DNA of 42,125 bases from a bacterium (lineage in GTDB: Bacteria; Patescibacteriota; Minisyncoccia; Minisyncoccales; CG1-02-41-26), in assembly GCA_030616605.1 (NCBI GenBank), contig JAUWWY010000001.1, forward strand, positions 198,251 through 240,375. The letters run 5' to 3'. Positions 27,771 through 39,128 of this stretch are shown one piece after another. Position numbers and translations under genes: made by a program. The stretch's first letter is position 1. Every line of letters begins with the position of its first letter. Below the pieces are notes generated by a model. The model made no database searches. It saw only the letters and a list, made by a program, of their open reading frames with translations, and was not told the origin of the DNA.

Positions 27771-28679
27771 TCATAAAAGTCTTCGGGAAATCGCAGAAAT
27801 TATTCTGCGAATAAATCTAAAAGGAGAAATAATTGAACTTAAAAATATCTTGAGTTCTCTATTTTTAATTAGGTCTGCATACTTATCATAGAAATTACTT
27901 ATTGGAAACCATTTATTATCAAAGAAAACTTGATAAATTCTATATTTTTTGGCTTTTTTGTAATATAAGAAATCAATTTTGTCATAAACACCATATCTTA
28001 ATTCAATCACTGTTCGCTCGATTGGCTGCAAGCTACCCCTTCTTGTACTCAATCCCGCCTGCTCGTTTAAATAAAAACCTAAAAGTCCTTGGCTTTTTTC
28101 CATTTCATAATTCAAGGCAATTCTCACCATTAAATCAAAGTCAGCTCCTTGAATAAGCTGCTCATCAAAATATCCTATCTTTTCGTTAATTGCTTTCCTC
28201 CACATTGGAAATGGTCCGCAATACATCCCTTTAATAAATTTTTCTCTCTTAAATTCAAGTGAAACAATCAAATTACCAGTAGTTTTACCAATTTTATCCA
28301 CTATTATGAAGTCTCCGTAAGTTAAGCTGGCTTCTGGATTTTTATCAAGAACATCCATCTGAATTTCAAGAGAGTCAGGAGTACGTAAATCATCAACATT
28401 CCAGATAGTTACATAATTCCCCTTGGCTTCTTTTATACATCGATTCATTGACTTGCCTATTGGCTCAACCGGTCTGATAATAATGTGTTTTATAACGCCC
28501 GGATATTTTTTTTGAAAATTTTTAACTAATTTAATTTCTTTGTCTGTTGGTTGATTATGAACTAAAACAATCTCTATTTTATCCAATATGGTCTGCTCAG
28601 AGACATTTTTTAAAAAACTTTCTAAATATTTCTCTCCCTTAAAGCAAGAAGTTATAGTACTGATTTTAATCTGTTTCAT
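27771..28679 (-). CDS. Glycosyltransferase family 2
   Basis: ISTITSCFKGEKY, WNVDD, GYFDE and GADFDL. Confidence 0.85.
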   Translation of the reverse strand: MKQIKISTITSCFKGEKYLESFLKNVSEQTILDKIEIVLVHNQPTDKEIKLVKNFQKKYPGVIKHIIIRPVEPIGKSMNRCIKEAKGNYVTIWNVDDLRTPDSLEIQMDVLDKNPEASLTYGDFIIVDKIGKTTGNLIVSLEFKREKFIKGMYCGPFPMWRKAINEKIGYFDEQLIQGADFDLMVRIALNYEMEKSQGLLGFYLNEQAGLSTRRGSLQPIERTVIELRYGVYDKIDFLYYKKAKKYRIYQVFFDNKWFPISNFYDKYADLIKNRELKIFLSSIISPFRFIRRIISAISRRLL

Positions 28680-29633
28680 TTATTTAATAGATTTTTGATT
28701 TTCTAAGAATCTTAAATTTTTAATAAAATATACTGGACTAAAAAATATTTTTATCATCACCTTAATAATTTTATACCGAAGGGGCTCAGATAAAATAGTT
28801 TTAGCCAACAACATTTCGTATTTTAGTCTGTTTGGTGATTTGTTATCTAAATTATAATATTTTGATAAATATTTCTTAATTTTATCTTGTGAAACAAATT
28901 TATTTGGTGCTTTTATGAGCTGGATTGTTTTGTTTTTTAAATTATCACTCTCTTTTATAAAAAAGAAGGAGTAATAAGTTGGTATATGATTAGTTTTATA
29001 TCCAAAGTTCTTAAAAAATCTTGTTGTTAAACATCCTTTGTGCACTGAAGCACAACAAATATTAAATACCTCATTTGGCATCTCATCTTTCTCTTTAATC
29101 GAGGAATTCAAATAATCTTTATTATAAGCTAAAGAATGCCAAGAAAAAGGAACAGAGATGATCACGAATCGAGACATGCTGTTGAGTCTATTTAATACTA
29201 AATGCAGTTTTTCTATTGGTATATGTTCAATAATTTGGTTAGCAATGAGAATATCATATTTTTCTCTAAACTTATAATCTATAATATTACCCATTATCAG
29301 TTTGTTATATGTCTTTCCTAATATCTTTTTGTTATCTTTAGTAAAAAAAATATCAAAACCATCTAATAAAATATTTCTACTTATTGATCTTTTCCTTAAT
29401 GCTTTGCCAAAAGAACCGTTCCCACAACCGATGTCCAACAGTTTTGGATTCCGGATCTTATATTTCTTAATAATATCTTCACAGTAATCTATGCTTTTAT
29501 TTATCAGACCCAAATTTGATAAAGCTTCTCCAGAAAGAACATCTTTTTCATATTTCTTATGATTAATCTTTTGATTTTGGTAAGAAGTAATGGAGTTTTT
29601 AAGTATATATTTTGCCAATTTAATTATATTCAT
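28680..29633 (-). CDS. Class I SAM-dependent methyltransferase
   Basis: LDIGCGNG, YD...IIEHI and ISVP. Start moved to MNIIK (29633). Confidence 0.75.
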   Translation of the reverse strand: MNIIKLAKYILKNSITSYQNQKINHKKYEKDVLSGEALSNLGLINKSIDYCEDIIKKYKIRNPKLLDIGCGNGSFGKALRKRSISRNILLDGFDIFFTKDNKKILGKTYNKLIMGNIIDYKFREKYDILIANQIIEHIPIEKLHLVLNRLNSMSRFVIISVPFSWHSLAYNKDYLNSSIKEKDEMPNEVFNICCASVHKGCLTTRFFKNFGYKTNHIPTYYSFFFIKESDNLKNKTIQLIKAPNKFVSQDKIKKYLSKYYNLDNKSPNRLKYEMLLAKTILSEPLRYKIIKVMIKIFFSPVYFIKNLRFLENQKSIK

Positions 29634-29637
29634 AACT

Positions 29638-30567
29638 TCAACAGAGATTTTTTTGGTACCAGTCAACTCTCTTTCTCAAACCTTCTTCCAAATTGCATTT
29701 TGGCTCCCAGCCGAGTTCTTTTTTTGCTTTAGAATAATCGAGAGAATAGCGATATTGCTCACCTGCTCTATCCGGTAAATAAATAGGGTTAGCTTCTTTA
29801 CCTAAAATTTGAGCAATTTTTTTATATAAATCATTTAAAGTGGTTTCAATGCCAGTTCCAATATTAAAAATCGGCTTTGAAAAATCAGGAGAAACTTCTA
29901 AAGCCAAAAGATTAGCTTTTATTACGTCTTCAATGTAGACATAATCTCTCGTCTTTTCTCCGTCGCCGTACATTTCTGCCTGTTTGTTATCCGCTAATTT
30001 TCTAATATAATCAGCCATTGCTCCAGTGAATTGCCTGGGCCCGTAAACAGCCGAGTATCTTAAAACAACATATGGTAAGTTAAAAGTGGTCCTATAAAAC
30101 TCCAAATAATTTTCAATTGCCTGTTTGGAAACTATATAAGGAGAAATTGGCATAATTGGTTCAGTTTCTTTGGCTGGTAGATTTTCAGTATTTCCATAAA
30201 GAAATCCTGAAGAAGAAAATATAATCTTTTTCACGCCATATTTTTTAGCATTTTGGAAAATATTAATCGCTCCAGCAATACTATCCATATCCATTAAGGG
30301 ATCTTCAACTGATTTCGGCACTAAAACATTAAAGGCAAAATGATAAATAAATTCTGGTTTTTCTTCTCGAAAAACTTTTTCCACTTCAGGATTGGCAATA
30401 TTTAAATTATAAAATTTAGCTTCGGGGTTGAGATTTTCTTTACGTCCGGTTACTAAATTATCAATTATAGCCACCCTAACTCCTTCTTTAATTAGAGTAT
30501 CAACAGTATGAGAACCAATAAAACCAGCTCCTCCGGTAACTAAAAACTTTTTATTTTTCAATTCCAT
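29638..30567 (-). CDS. UDP-glucose 4-epimerase-like extended SDR
   Basis: TGGAGFIGSH, YIVSK, YGPRQ and TRDYVYIED; paralogous in style to 37422-38351. Confidence 0.9.
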   Translation of the reverse strand: MELKNKKFLVTGGAGFIGSHTVDTLIKEGVRVAIIDNLVTGRKENLNPEAKFYNLNIANPEVEKVFREEKPEFIYHFAFNVLVPKSVEDPLMDMDSIAGAINIFQNAKKYGVKKIIFSSSGFLYGNTENLPAKETEPIMPISPYIVSKQAIENYLEFYRTTFNLPYVVLRYSAVYGPRQFTGAMADYIRKLADNKQAEMYGDGEKTRDYVYIEDVIKANLLALEVSPDFSKPIFNIGTGIETTLNDLYKKIAQILGKEANPIYLPDRAGEQYRYSLDYSKAKKELGWEPKCNLEEGLRKRVDWYQKNLC

Positions 30568-30610
30568 ATTATTTTACAATTATCAGCTATTTTCCTCACC
30601 CGATTAATCT

Positions 30611-31381
30611 TCAATAATTCTTTGAATATTCAAATTCTTTTTTTGAGAATATATAAGTATATGAATAAAGACCGAATAATGGAAATGGCACAAGATATCC
30701 ATAATTCCAACTGTTAAACTCATCTATTGCTTTCAATTCTCCATAGTTAGGATTTCCATGAAATGCCCAGATATCATCGAATCTGAAGAAACAACCACTA
30801 TTCAAAAGCGGTAGAATCCATCTCATTAACGTAATGGTTGAGGAGTAATAATCACAATCAATATTTATTATAGCCGGTTTATATTTCAATAATCTGTCCT
30901 TTAGTTTCTCTGTTAATGACTGATCATAAAACCCTTTTATTATATGAAAATTTTCTTTAGGAAATTTTGTTCTTTTCACAACATTTAATACTTCTTTTTC
31001 TGAATGTCTCATCTCTCCCTTTTTCAATGTTGGATGATTATCGCCATCGACCTTCTCGGGTAATCCTTCAAAACTATCAAAAGCAAAAATATGAAATTTC
31101 TTTATATCTATTCTGTAATCTTTACAGAATTTCTTGAGAGCTAAAATATAAATTTCCATTGAACCACCACCCGCTACTCCAAATTCATAAAAATTATATT
31201 TTGGAGCAAAATTTTTACATGTTATATACTGATAAACCAAACAATCATAATACCAAGAAAAAAGATTATCTTTTCTTCGATATTGAAATAAGAAATAACC
31301 AAAAACATGGTTGAAAATATTTTCGACAAAAAGTCGAAAATTGTAATATTTTGGATTATTTAATTTTTGAATTAATTTCAT
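30611..31381 (-). CDS. TylF/MycF/NovP family sugar O-methyltransferase
   Basis: EFGVAGG, FDSFEGLP, IKGFY..SL, IDCDYYSS, FDD and GE..A. Confidence 0.85.
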   Translation of the reverse strand: MKLIQKLNNPKYYNFRLFVENIFNHVFGYFLFQYRRKDNLFSWYYDCLVYQYITCKNFAPKYNFYEFGVAGGGSMEIYILALKKFCKDYRIDIKKFHIFAFDSFEGLPEKVDGDNHPTLKKGEMRHSEKEVLNVVKRTKFPKENFHIIKGFYDQSLTEKLKDRLLKYKPAIINIDCDYYSSTITLMRWILPLLNSGCFFRFDDIWAFHGNPNYGELKAIDEFNSWNYGYLVPFPLFGLYSYTYIFSKKEFEYSKNY

Positions 31382-31447
31382 ACTACCCAAATTAATTGTC
31401 TTTTTATTATTACAACAAAATACATTTTTTTATCTTTTAATTCCATA

Positions 31448-32419
31448 CTATTTTGATAATTCCTCACTAATCCATTTATAGGTCTTCTCTAAACCTTTTT
31501 CTAAAGAAATCTCTGACTCCCAGTTAAGAATTTTTTTTAATTGGGTTAAGTCAGCATTTCTCCCTCTAACTCCCTGAGGTTTATCTAATTGATAAACCTT
31601 TTTCAATTCCTTACCAGCAATTTTTGAAACTATATCTACTAACTCATTTATAGTTATTAACCTATCTGAGCCAATATTTAAAGGTTCTTTGTAATCTGAC
31701 TCCATTAACCTATATGTTCCTTCTAAGCAATCATCAATATAGCAGAAAGAGCGGGTTTGTTTGCCATCTCCCCAGATCTGGATTTCGTCTCCATCTTGGG
31801 TCTGAGTCACTTTTCTACATATGGCAGCTGGCGCTTTTTCTCTTCCTCCTTCGAAAACTCCTTCTGGACCGTAAATATTGTGGTATCTTGCTATTCTGAC
31901 TTCTAATCCATAATCTTGATGATAATTTTGATAAATTCTTTCAGAAAATAGCTTTTCCCAACCGTATTCATTGTCTGGATCAGCCGGATAGGCATCACTT
32001 TCTTTTAAGGGTAGTACCTCAGGGCTCTCTTGTTTAAATATAGGATAAATACAAGCAGAGGAAGAATAAAATACTCTTTTTACCTTGTTCTGCCTTGAGG
32101 CCTCTGCTATATTAACATTTATCAAAACATTATCTCTCATCACATCTGCTTTATGAAAAGTAATAAAGCCAATACCTCCCATATTGGCAGCTAAGGTATA
32201 AACTTCATCAATTCCCTGAGTTGCTTTTAAACAATTTTGAAAATCTCTTAAATCTAAAATTAAAAATTCATCTGCCTCATCTTTTGGAGAAAATTCTGGA
32301 TATTTAATATCTACTCCCCTAACCCAATAACCTTTTTCTTTTAAAAATCTTATTAGGTGATGACCGATGAACCCGCCAGCACCCGTGACTAAAATTCTTT
32401 TTTGTGTGCTTGTTTCCAT
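31448..32419 (-). CDS. GDP-mannose 3',5'-epimerase (GME)-like
   Basis: TGAGGFIG, AANMGGIGFI, SSACIYP, YGWEK, GGREKAPAAICRK, GDGKQTRSF and GVRGRN. Start moved to METSTQ (32419). Confidence 0.85.
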   Translation of the reverse strand: METSTQKRILVTGAGGFIGHHLIRFLKEKGYWVRGVDIKYPEFSPKDEADEFLILDLRDFQNCLKATQGIDEVYTLAANMGGIGFITFHKADVMRDNVLINVNIAEASRQNKVKRVFYSSSACIYPIFKQESPEVLPLKESDAYPADPDNEYGWEKLFSERIYQNYHQDYGLEVRIARYHNIYGPEGVFEGGREKAPAAICRKVTQTQDGDEIQIWGDGKQTRSFCYIDDCLEGTYRLMESDYKEPLNIGSDRLITINELVDIVSKIAGKELKKVYQLDKPQGVRGRNADLTQLKKILNWESEISLEKGLEKTYKWISEELSK

Positions 32420-32433
32420 ATTTTTAGGTTTTA

Positions 32434-33839
<1,406 letters not shown>

Positions 33840-33847
<8 letters not shown>

Positions 33848-34901
33848 CTTTCCACCATTTATCAGAAAATTTTTCTTTTAAGATTTTATCCCCTTCTCCG
33901 GGCGGAGTAAGTTTTAATTTTCTAAAATCAGCATCTATCATTATCTTAATTAACTCATCAAATTTTATTTTTGGCTGCCAGTTAAGTTTTTCTTTGGCTT
34001 TAGAAATATCACCGACTAAATTCTCAGCTTCAGCCGGACGGAAATAGCGAGGGTCAGTCTCAACATATTTCTGCCAATCACCCAAACCCGCATAATTAAA
34101 AGCTTTTTCTAAAAACTCTTTTACTGAATGACTTTCTCCTGTTGCTATCACATAGTCATCTGCTTTTTCCTGCTGAAGCATTAAGTGCATTACCACAACG
34201 TATTCCTGGGTAAGACCCCAATCTCTTTTTGCTTCTAAATTTCCCATGTACAGTTTTTCATCCAGACCGGCCTTTATACTGGCGACTCCTCTTGTAATTT
34301 TTCTGGTAACAAACGTTGGTCCTCTTCTGGTTCCTTCATGATTGAATAAAATTCCATTACAGGCAAAAATATTATACGCTTCCCTGTACAACCGGGTTAT
34401 ATGATAACTGAAAACCTTGGCGCAGGCATAAGGGCTTCTTGGATGAAAAGGAGTTTTTTCATTTTGTGGAGGCGGAGACGAACCGAACATTTCACTGGAA
34501 GCAGCCATATAAAATTTTATCGGCAAGCCAGAGTTCTTAATTGCTTCAAGTATTCTTAAGGTTCCTAAAGCATCAGTGTTACAGGTGTATTCAGGCATAT
34601 CAAAACTGACCCTGACATGAGACATAGCAGCCAAGTGATAAATTTCATCGGGCTTAATCTCTTTTATCAGTCTTTCAATACTACCTGTATCAGTCATATC
34701 GCCATAATGCAAATGAAGTCTCACACCGTGAATATGAGGATCCTTATAAAGATGGTCAATCCTTTCTGTCAGAAAAACGCTGTCCCACCTTATAATCCCG
34801 TGAACATCATAACCTTTGTTTAATAAAAGCTCGGCTAAATATGAACCGTCCTGTCCGGCAATTCCCGAAATCAAAGCAGTTTTTGTTTTTTCTTGATTCA
34901 T
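33840..34901 (-). CDS. gmd: GDP-mannose 4,6-dehydratase
   Basis: [43 protein letters not shown] and RDWG. Confidence 0.96.
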
Positions 34902-34923
34902 ATAATTTTAATTTAGTAATTTT

Positions 34924-34951
34924 ATTATAATATTTTTAGAGAATAAAACAA
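34924..34951 (-). promoter_or_regulatory. Candidate promoter for the gmd-led operon
   Basis: Minus-strand TTGTTT-16-TATAAT, 22 nt upstream of the gmd ATG. Confidence 0.45.
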
Positions 34952-34960
34952 GAGTAAAAC

Positions 34961-35030
34961 TTGACAGTTTAGTTATCTGTGTTAAAATAACTAGAGTATT
35001 TAAAAATTAAATAATATCAAAAAAGGAGGT
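34961..35030 (+). promoter_or_regulatory. Near-consensus sigma70 promoter plus strong Shine-Dalgarno
   Basis: TTGACA(34961-34966)-16-TAAAAT(34983-34988) with a TGn extension; AAGGAGGT at 35023-35030. Confidence 0.75.
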
Positions 35031-35034
35031 AAAG

Positions 35035-35898
35035 ATGTTGGAATTGAAAGATTTTTCAGGAGAAAGAGGAGTCCGACTCTTGACAGTCAGATGCACTAAC
35101 GCCTGGCTTGAAAAAAGTACACTTTTCGTGGAATTAAGTGAAGATAACAAAATCTTTACAAATTCCCGCGAACGCATAACACACTTTGAGTCGATTGAAA
35201 CAAGGTGGTTGCAAAGCCAACTTGCCTCTCAAGACGAAAAAGTGATGATTGCAACTCCTGACCATCCTTTGGAAATTCTCACAGGGGATGTATGTCCGAT
35301 TTTACAAATCGAGGGAGAGGATTATATCCTTTCTTTCTATCGTGACATAATGCCCCAAGGTTGGTTGATTCCCGGAGGTTGTCCTCGTAGTCTGGATGAG
35401 CTGTTAAATCCGAAATTAATTGCGGTCAGGGAAGCTGCCGAGGAAATCCTTATAGGGGATAAGAAAGGAAATATCTACCTGCTCCCCGACTCTAAGATTC
35501 AACTCGAAGCAAACCTGGATGCCTGGAAATTGGAGTCAAGCACGATAATCCCCATCAATATTAAGGAAGTTCCTTTGAAATGGGAAGGTATTACAGCTCT
35601 CGTCATCAGAACAAAGGACAAAGAAACCAGGACAGAAGGCAGTTTTACTGTTGATCCTTTTACAGGGTCAGTAGCCCTGACTCTATATTGGAGAATTGAA
35701 CTTTTTGTCAAACTGTCCGAATTGAAAATATGGGATGGCGAACGCCTACCAGACCGGCCTCTGAACCGACCAGCCAGATTAACCGATAAAAAAGGAAGAA
35801 CAGTAGCTCTCTTTAGTGGAGGAGACAATGTTCTCTCCGCGTCTTGGATGAACCCGGAGACAGGGGCTCGAGCAACACTTCCATTTTCTGACAACTAA
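35035..35898 (+). CDS. Hypothetical protein with a variant Nudix box
   Basis: WLIPGGCPRSLDE...AVREAAEEIL; has its own promoter, SD and terminator and is visibly more GC-rich than its neighbours. Confidence 0.75.
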   Translation: MLELKDFSGERGVRLLTVRCTNAWLEKSTLFVELSEDNKIFTNSRERITHFESIETRWLQSQLASQDEKVMIATPDHPLEILTGDVCPILQIEGEDYILSFYRDIMPQGWLIPGGCPRSLDELLNPKLIAVREAAEEILIGDKKGNIYLLPDSKIQLEANLDAWKLESSTIIPINIKEVPLKWEGITALVIRTKDKETRTEGSFTVDPFTGSVALTLYWRIELFVKLSELKIWDGERLPDRPLNRPARLTDKKGRTVALFSGGDNVLSASWMNPETGARATLPFSDN

Positions 35899-35912
35899 CT
35901 AAATCAAACATA

Positions 35913-35942
35913 AAAAAACCGATTCAGATGAATCGGTTTTTT
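35913..35942. terminator. Bidirectional intrinsic terminator
   Basis: AAAAAACCGATTC-AGAT-GAATCGGTTTTTT between convergent genes. Confidence 0.9.
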
Positions 35943-35953
35943 GTCCTTTTAGA

Positions 35954-37432
35954 TTATTTAATAAAATATCTTAGCACGCTTTTTAAGATAAAGAAAGTGG
36001 GAAAATAAACTAAAATACCAATTAAAATAATATAAATAATATAAAGATTATAAACATCAGGAAAGGAAATTACTAAATACATTATCATGCTAGAGATAAA
36101 AGCTATAATAAAAGTGAAAATTAACTTTAAGTTAACTGGCCGAACACGGGTGAATTTTGAGGTAAATTTAAAAAGTAAAAATAACATTAAAAGCCCGGCT
36201 ATCAAACTAGCTAAAGCAGCACCATAAAGAGAATATTTGGGAATTAAAATCAGGTTTAAAATTACATTGAGAATTGCTCCAAAAAAAACAATCCAAAAAG
36301 CTTTTCTCTGCTGATTTGAAATAACTAATGCGTGACTAAAAGGACTATTCAAAATTCCAATTCCAGCTCCTATTATTAAAATCTGAAAAGCCAGAATAGA
36401 GGGAAAATAGCTTGGGTCATAAACAAGATCAATAATCTTCAGAGCTAAGGCAATACCGCCAATTACTAAAGGGACAGCAATAAAAATCATTATTTCCATG
36501 AAATAATTCCAGCTATTTTGGAATTTTTCTTTTGATTCACCGAAAAATCTGCTCAGGGTAGGAAAAAAGCTTACTGCAATCAAACCAGTGGGAATTAAAG
36601 CAACACCTGCAACTCTTTGAGCAGCATTATACCAACCAGTCTGAGTAATTTGTCCCCAATAACCCATCATTATTGAATCAGTATTAGTGCAAATTGAACT
36701 CATCATCCCACCTAAAGCTAAAGGCCAGGACATTGCTAAAAAATTCCGCCAAACAGCTTTGTTAAAATTTAATCTTAATTGATAAACCTTAAAGTGGAAA
36801 AAAAATAAAATAAAAATTAGGGCAGTAAAAGCAGCAATTAAATAACTTAAACTTAAATTTTTAACCGAAGGAAAGTTAAAAATAACAAAAAAACCAGCAC
36901 CAGTTACCACTAACGCCTGAAGAATCTTTGCCCAAGCTTCGTATTCCATCTTTTGACGGGCTTGAAAAAAAGCATAAATAATTCCCGAAAAACCACTAAC
37001 GACAATATAAATTCCTAAAATCCAGATTACTCCCCGAATCAGAGGGTCAGGAGTAATAAAAAAGGAACCGATACAGATTAAGAGCAAGGTTCCTATGCTT
37101 AAAACAAGTTTTAAAGAAAGAACAGCCGGGAATTCTTTTTCTTTTTCTTTTTCTCTAGCAATTTCTCGAGTAGTAATTGAAGAAATCCCTAAATCAGAAA
37201 AAATAGCAAATAAAGAAACAAAAGCTAAAGCAAAGGTAAATTTTCCATATTCAGTAGCTCCTAAAATTCGAGCAATAAAAATAATCAAAAAGAGTTTCAA
37301 AAACCGAGTTATTCCTTCTGCCACTGCTAACCAAAAGGTATTTTTGGCGACAGTCTGCTTCAATCCTATATTTTGAAGAAAAAAAACTCTCGGATTGGAG
37401 ATAACATTTTTAATTACATTTTTAATATCCAT
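35954..37432 (-). CDS. wzx: Wzx-type polysaccharide flippase
   Basis: 12-14 TMs, KNTFWL, ARILGATEYG, DLG, TDSIMM, GWYNAA and LN.ILIP.Y...GAA. Confidence 0.9.
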   Translation of the reverse strand: MDIKNVIKNVISNPRVFFLQNIGLKQTVAKNTFWLAVAEGITRFLKLFLIIFIARILGATEYGKFTFALAFVSLFAIFSDLGISSITTREIAREKEKEKEFPAVLSLKLVLSIGTLLLICIGSFFITPDPLIRGVIWILGIYIVVSGFSGIIYAFFQARQKMEYEAWAKILQALVVTGAGFFVIFNFPSVKNLSLSYLIAAFTALIFILFFFHFKVYQLRLNFNKAVWRNFLAMSWPLALGGMMSSICTNTDSIMMGYWGQITQTGWYNAAQRVAGVALIPTGLIAVSFFPTLSRFFGESKEKFQNSWNYFMEIMIFIAVPLVIGGIALALKIIDLVYDPSYFPSILAFQILIIGAGIGILNSPFSHALVISNQQRKAFWIVFFGAILNVILNLILIPKYSLYGAALASLIAGLLMLFLLFKFTSKFTRVRPVNLKLIFTFIIAFISSMIMYLVISFPDVYNLYIIYIILIGILVYFPTFFILKSVLRYFIK

Positions 37433-38351
37433 AATTTCTAAACCATTTAATCGTTTCCTTTAATCCCTTTTCTAAATCATATCTTGGCTGCCAATTCAAC
37501 TCTTTTTTAATTTTAGAAAAATCTAAACAGCTTCTCAATTGCTCTCCTTTTTTAGCTGGTCCATATTGAGGAGTAATATCCTTTCCTATTTCCTTAACTA
37601 ATAATTTATAAATCTCATTTACTGATGTTTCAATACCCCTGCCCAGATTATAAACTGGGTTTTTTCCAAGAGAACTTTCTAAACTTAATATTGCTGCCTC
37701 TATTGCGTCATCCACAAAAAGATAATCTCTGGTTTGTTTGCCATCTCCGTTAATTATTACCTCCTCATTTTTCAGCATTCTATCGCAAAAAATTGCTATT
37801 ACCCCGGCTTCTCCTTTGGAGTTTTGGCGAGGACCATAAACATTAGCTAGCCGTAAAGCAGTATAATCTAAACCAAAGGTTTTTTTATAAAAATGAAGAT
37901 ATTTTTCAATAGCCAGTTTAGTAATTCCATAAGGAGATTCTGGTTTCTCCAGCTGGCTTTCTGGGGTTGGAATAATATCCGTATCCCCATACATTGCTCC
38001 TCCTGAAGAGGCAAAAATGATTTTTTTCACTCCAAATTTTTGACAACTCTCTAAAATATTTAAACTTCCTAAAATATTAATTTTTGCATCTTCTATTGGA
38101 TTTTCTACTGATTTTCTAACGTCAATTTGGGCGGCATAATGAAAAACTGTTTCTGGTTTTTCCTTTTCAAAAAGCCCAAAAATCTCTGGGCTTTGAATAT
38201 CAATTTTGTAAAATTTAGCTTTAGGATTGAGATTTTCCTTTTTCCCACTGGATAAATTATCAACAATCACTACTTGATGACCTTTTTCTATTAGTTTATC
38301 TACCAGGTGAGAAGCAATAAATCCGGCTCCACCTGTAACTAAAATTTTCAT
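37422..38351 (-). CDS. galE: UDP-glucose 4-epimerase-like
   Basis: MKILVTGGAGFI, AAQIDVRKS, SSGGAMYG, SPYGITK, NVYGPRQ and GEAGV. Start moved to 38351. Confidence 0.85.
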   Translation of the reverse strand: MKILVTGGAGFIASHLVDKLIEKGHQVVIVDNLSSGKKENLNPKAKFYKIDIQSPEIFGLFEKEKPETVFHYAAQIDVRKSVENPIEDAKINILGSLNILESCQKFGVKKIIFASSGGAMYGDTDIIPTPESQLEKPESPYGITKLAIEKYLHFYKKTFGLDYTALRLANVYGPRQNSKGEAGVIAIFCDRMLKNEEVIINGDGKQTRDYLFVDDAIEAAILSLESSLGKNPVYNLGRGIETSVNEIYKLLVKEIGKDITPQYGPAKKGEQLRSCLDFSKIKKELNWQPRYDLEKGLKETIKWFRNYGY

Positions 38352-38352
38352 A

Positions 38353-39075
38353 TTATTTCCATTTTTTAACTGCTTTTTCATAACGTTCCCAAGTACCAGT
38401 ATCTATCCATTCTCCTTGAAATTTGAATCCGGCTAATTTTCCCTGTTTAGCTAATTTGGGGAAAAGGTTGGTTTCTACCATACAAAATTTTGGACCGGGA
38501 TGATAATTAAAAACTTCATCGTTTAAAAGATATAATCCTGAATTAATATAGTTTGTTGGCGGATTTTTTGGTTTTTCTAAAAATTCTTTAACTACTCCAT
38601 TTTTTGTAACCACAACTCCGTAATCCTGAGGATTATTAACCTTAACCAAAGCCAAGAGTGCTGGTTCTTTTCTTTTTTGATAAAAATCTATCATTTTTTT
38701 TAAATCAATTTTTTTCAGTTCATCTCCATTAGTAAGGAAAAACTCCTTTCCTGAAAGTTCTTTTTTTAAATAATAAAGACCGCCAAAAGTTCCCAAAGGT
38801 TTTGTCTCCTCAATTAGTTTAATCTTAAGGACTTGCCCTGAGCCAGTTGAAGGGTAATATCTTTTTTTCCACCAATCAAATTCTTCTTTAAATTCTTTAT
38901 TTATCAATACAAAAATATCTTTTATTCCTTGTTTAGAAAAAAGCTCTACCAGATGATTTATAATCGGCTTTCTTCTTATTGGCAGAAGAGGCTTGGGAAT
39001 TTCATAGGTTATAGGATAAAGCCTAGTCCCCTTTCCCCCAGCCAAAATTACTGCTTTGAGATTTTTTTGGGTCAT
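38353..39075 (-). CDS. Sugar-1-phosphate nucleotidyltransferase (mannose-1-P guanylyltransferase-like)
   Basis: LAGGKGTRLYP.T..PKP, PLGT.G, NGD, YGVV, FLEKP and WIDTGT. Start moved to MTQKN (39075). Confidence 0.9.
   Translation of the reverse strand: MTQKNLKAVILAGGKGTRLYPITYEIPKPLLPIRRKPIINHLVELFSKQGIKDIFVLINKEFKEEFDWWKKRYYPSTGSGQVLKIKLIEETKPLGTFGGLYYLKKELSGKEFFLTNGDELKKIDLKKMIDFYQKRKEPALLALVKVNNPQDYGVVVTKNGVVKEFLEKPKNPPTNYINSGLYLLNDEVFNYHPGPKFCMVETNLFPKLAKQGKLAGFKFQGEWIDTGTWERYEKAVKKWK
38832..38854. repeat. Short hairpin element in frame within the nucleotidyltransferase
   Basis: CTTGCCCTGAGCCAGTTGAAGGG; encodes PSTGSGQ on the minus strand and shares CTTGCCCT...GAAGG with 11227-11256. Confidence 0.65.
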
Positions 39076-39128
39076 ATTTATGATATGCTGTATAATATAA
39101 TATAAGTTGCCAAAAATCAAGATTTATT

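Noticed and set aside
39076..39120. N-terminal extensions given by the ORF track for several genes (also 38352-38381, 32420-32461, 29634-29666, 19374-19427, 15652-15681, 41940-41984)
   Set aside because: They overlap upstream genes or promoter-like sequence; downstream ATGs match family N-termini and operon spacing better.
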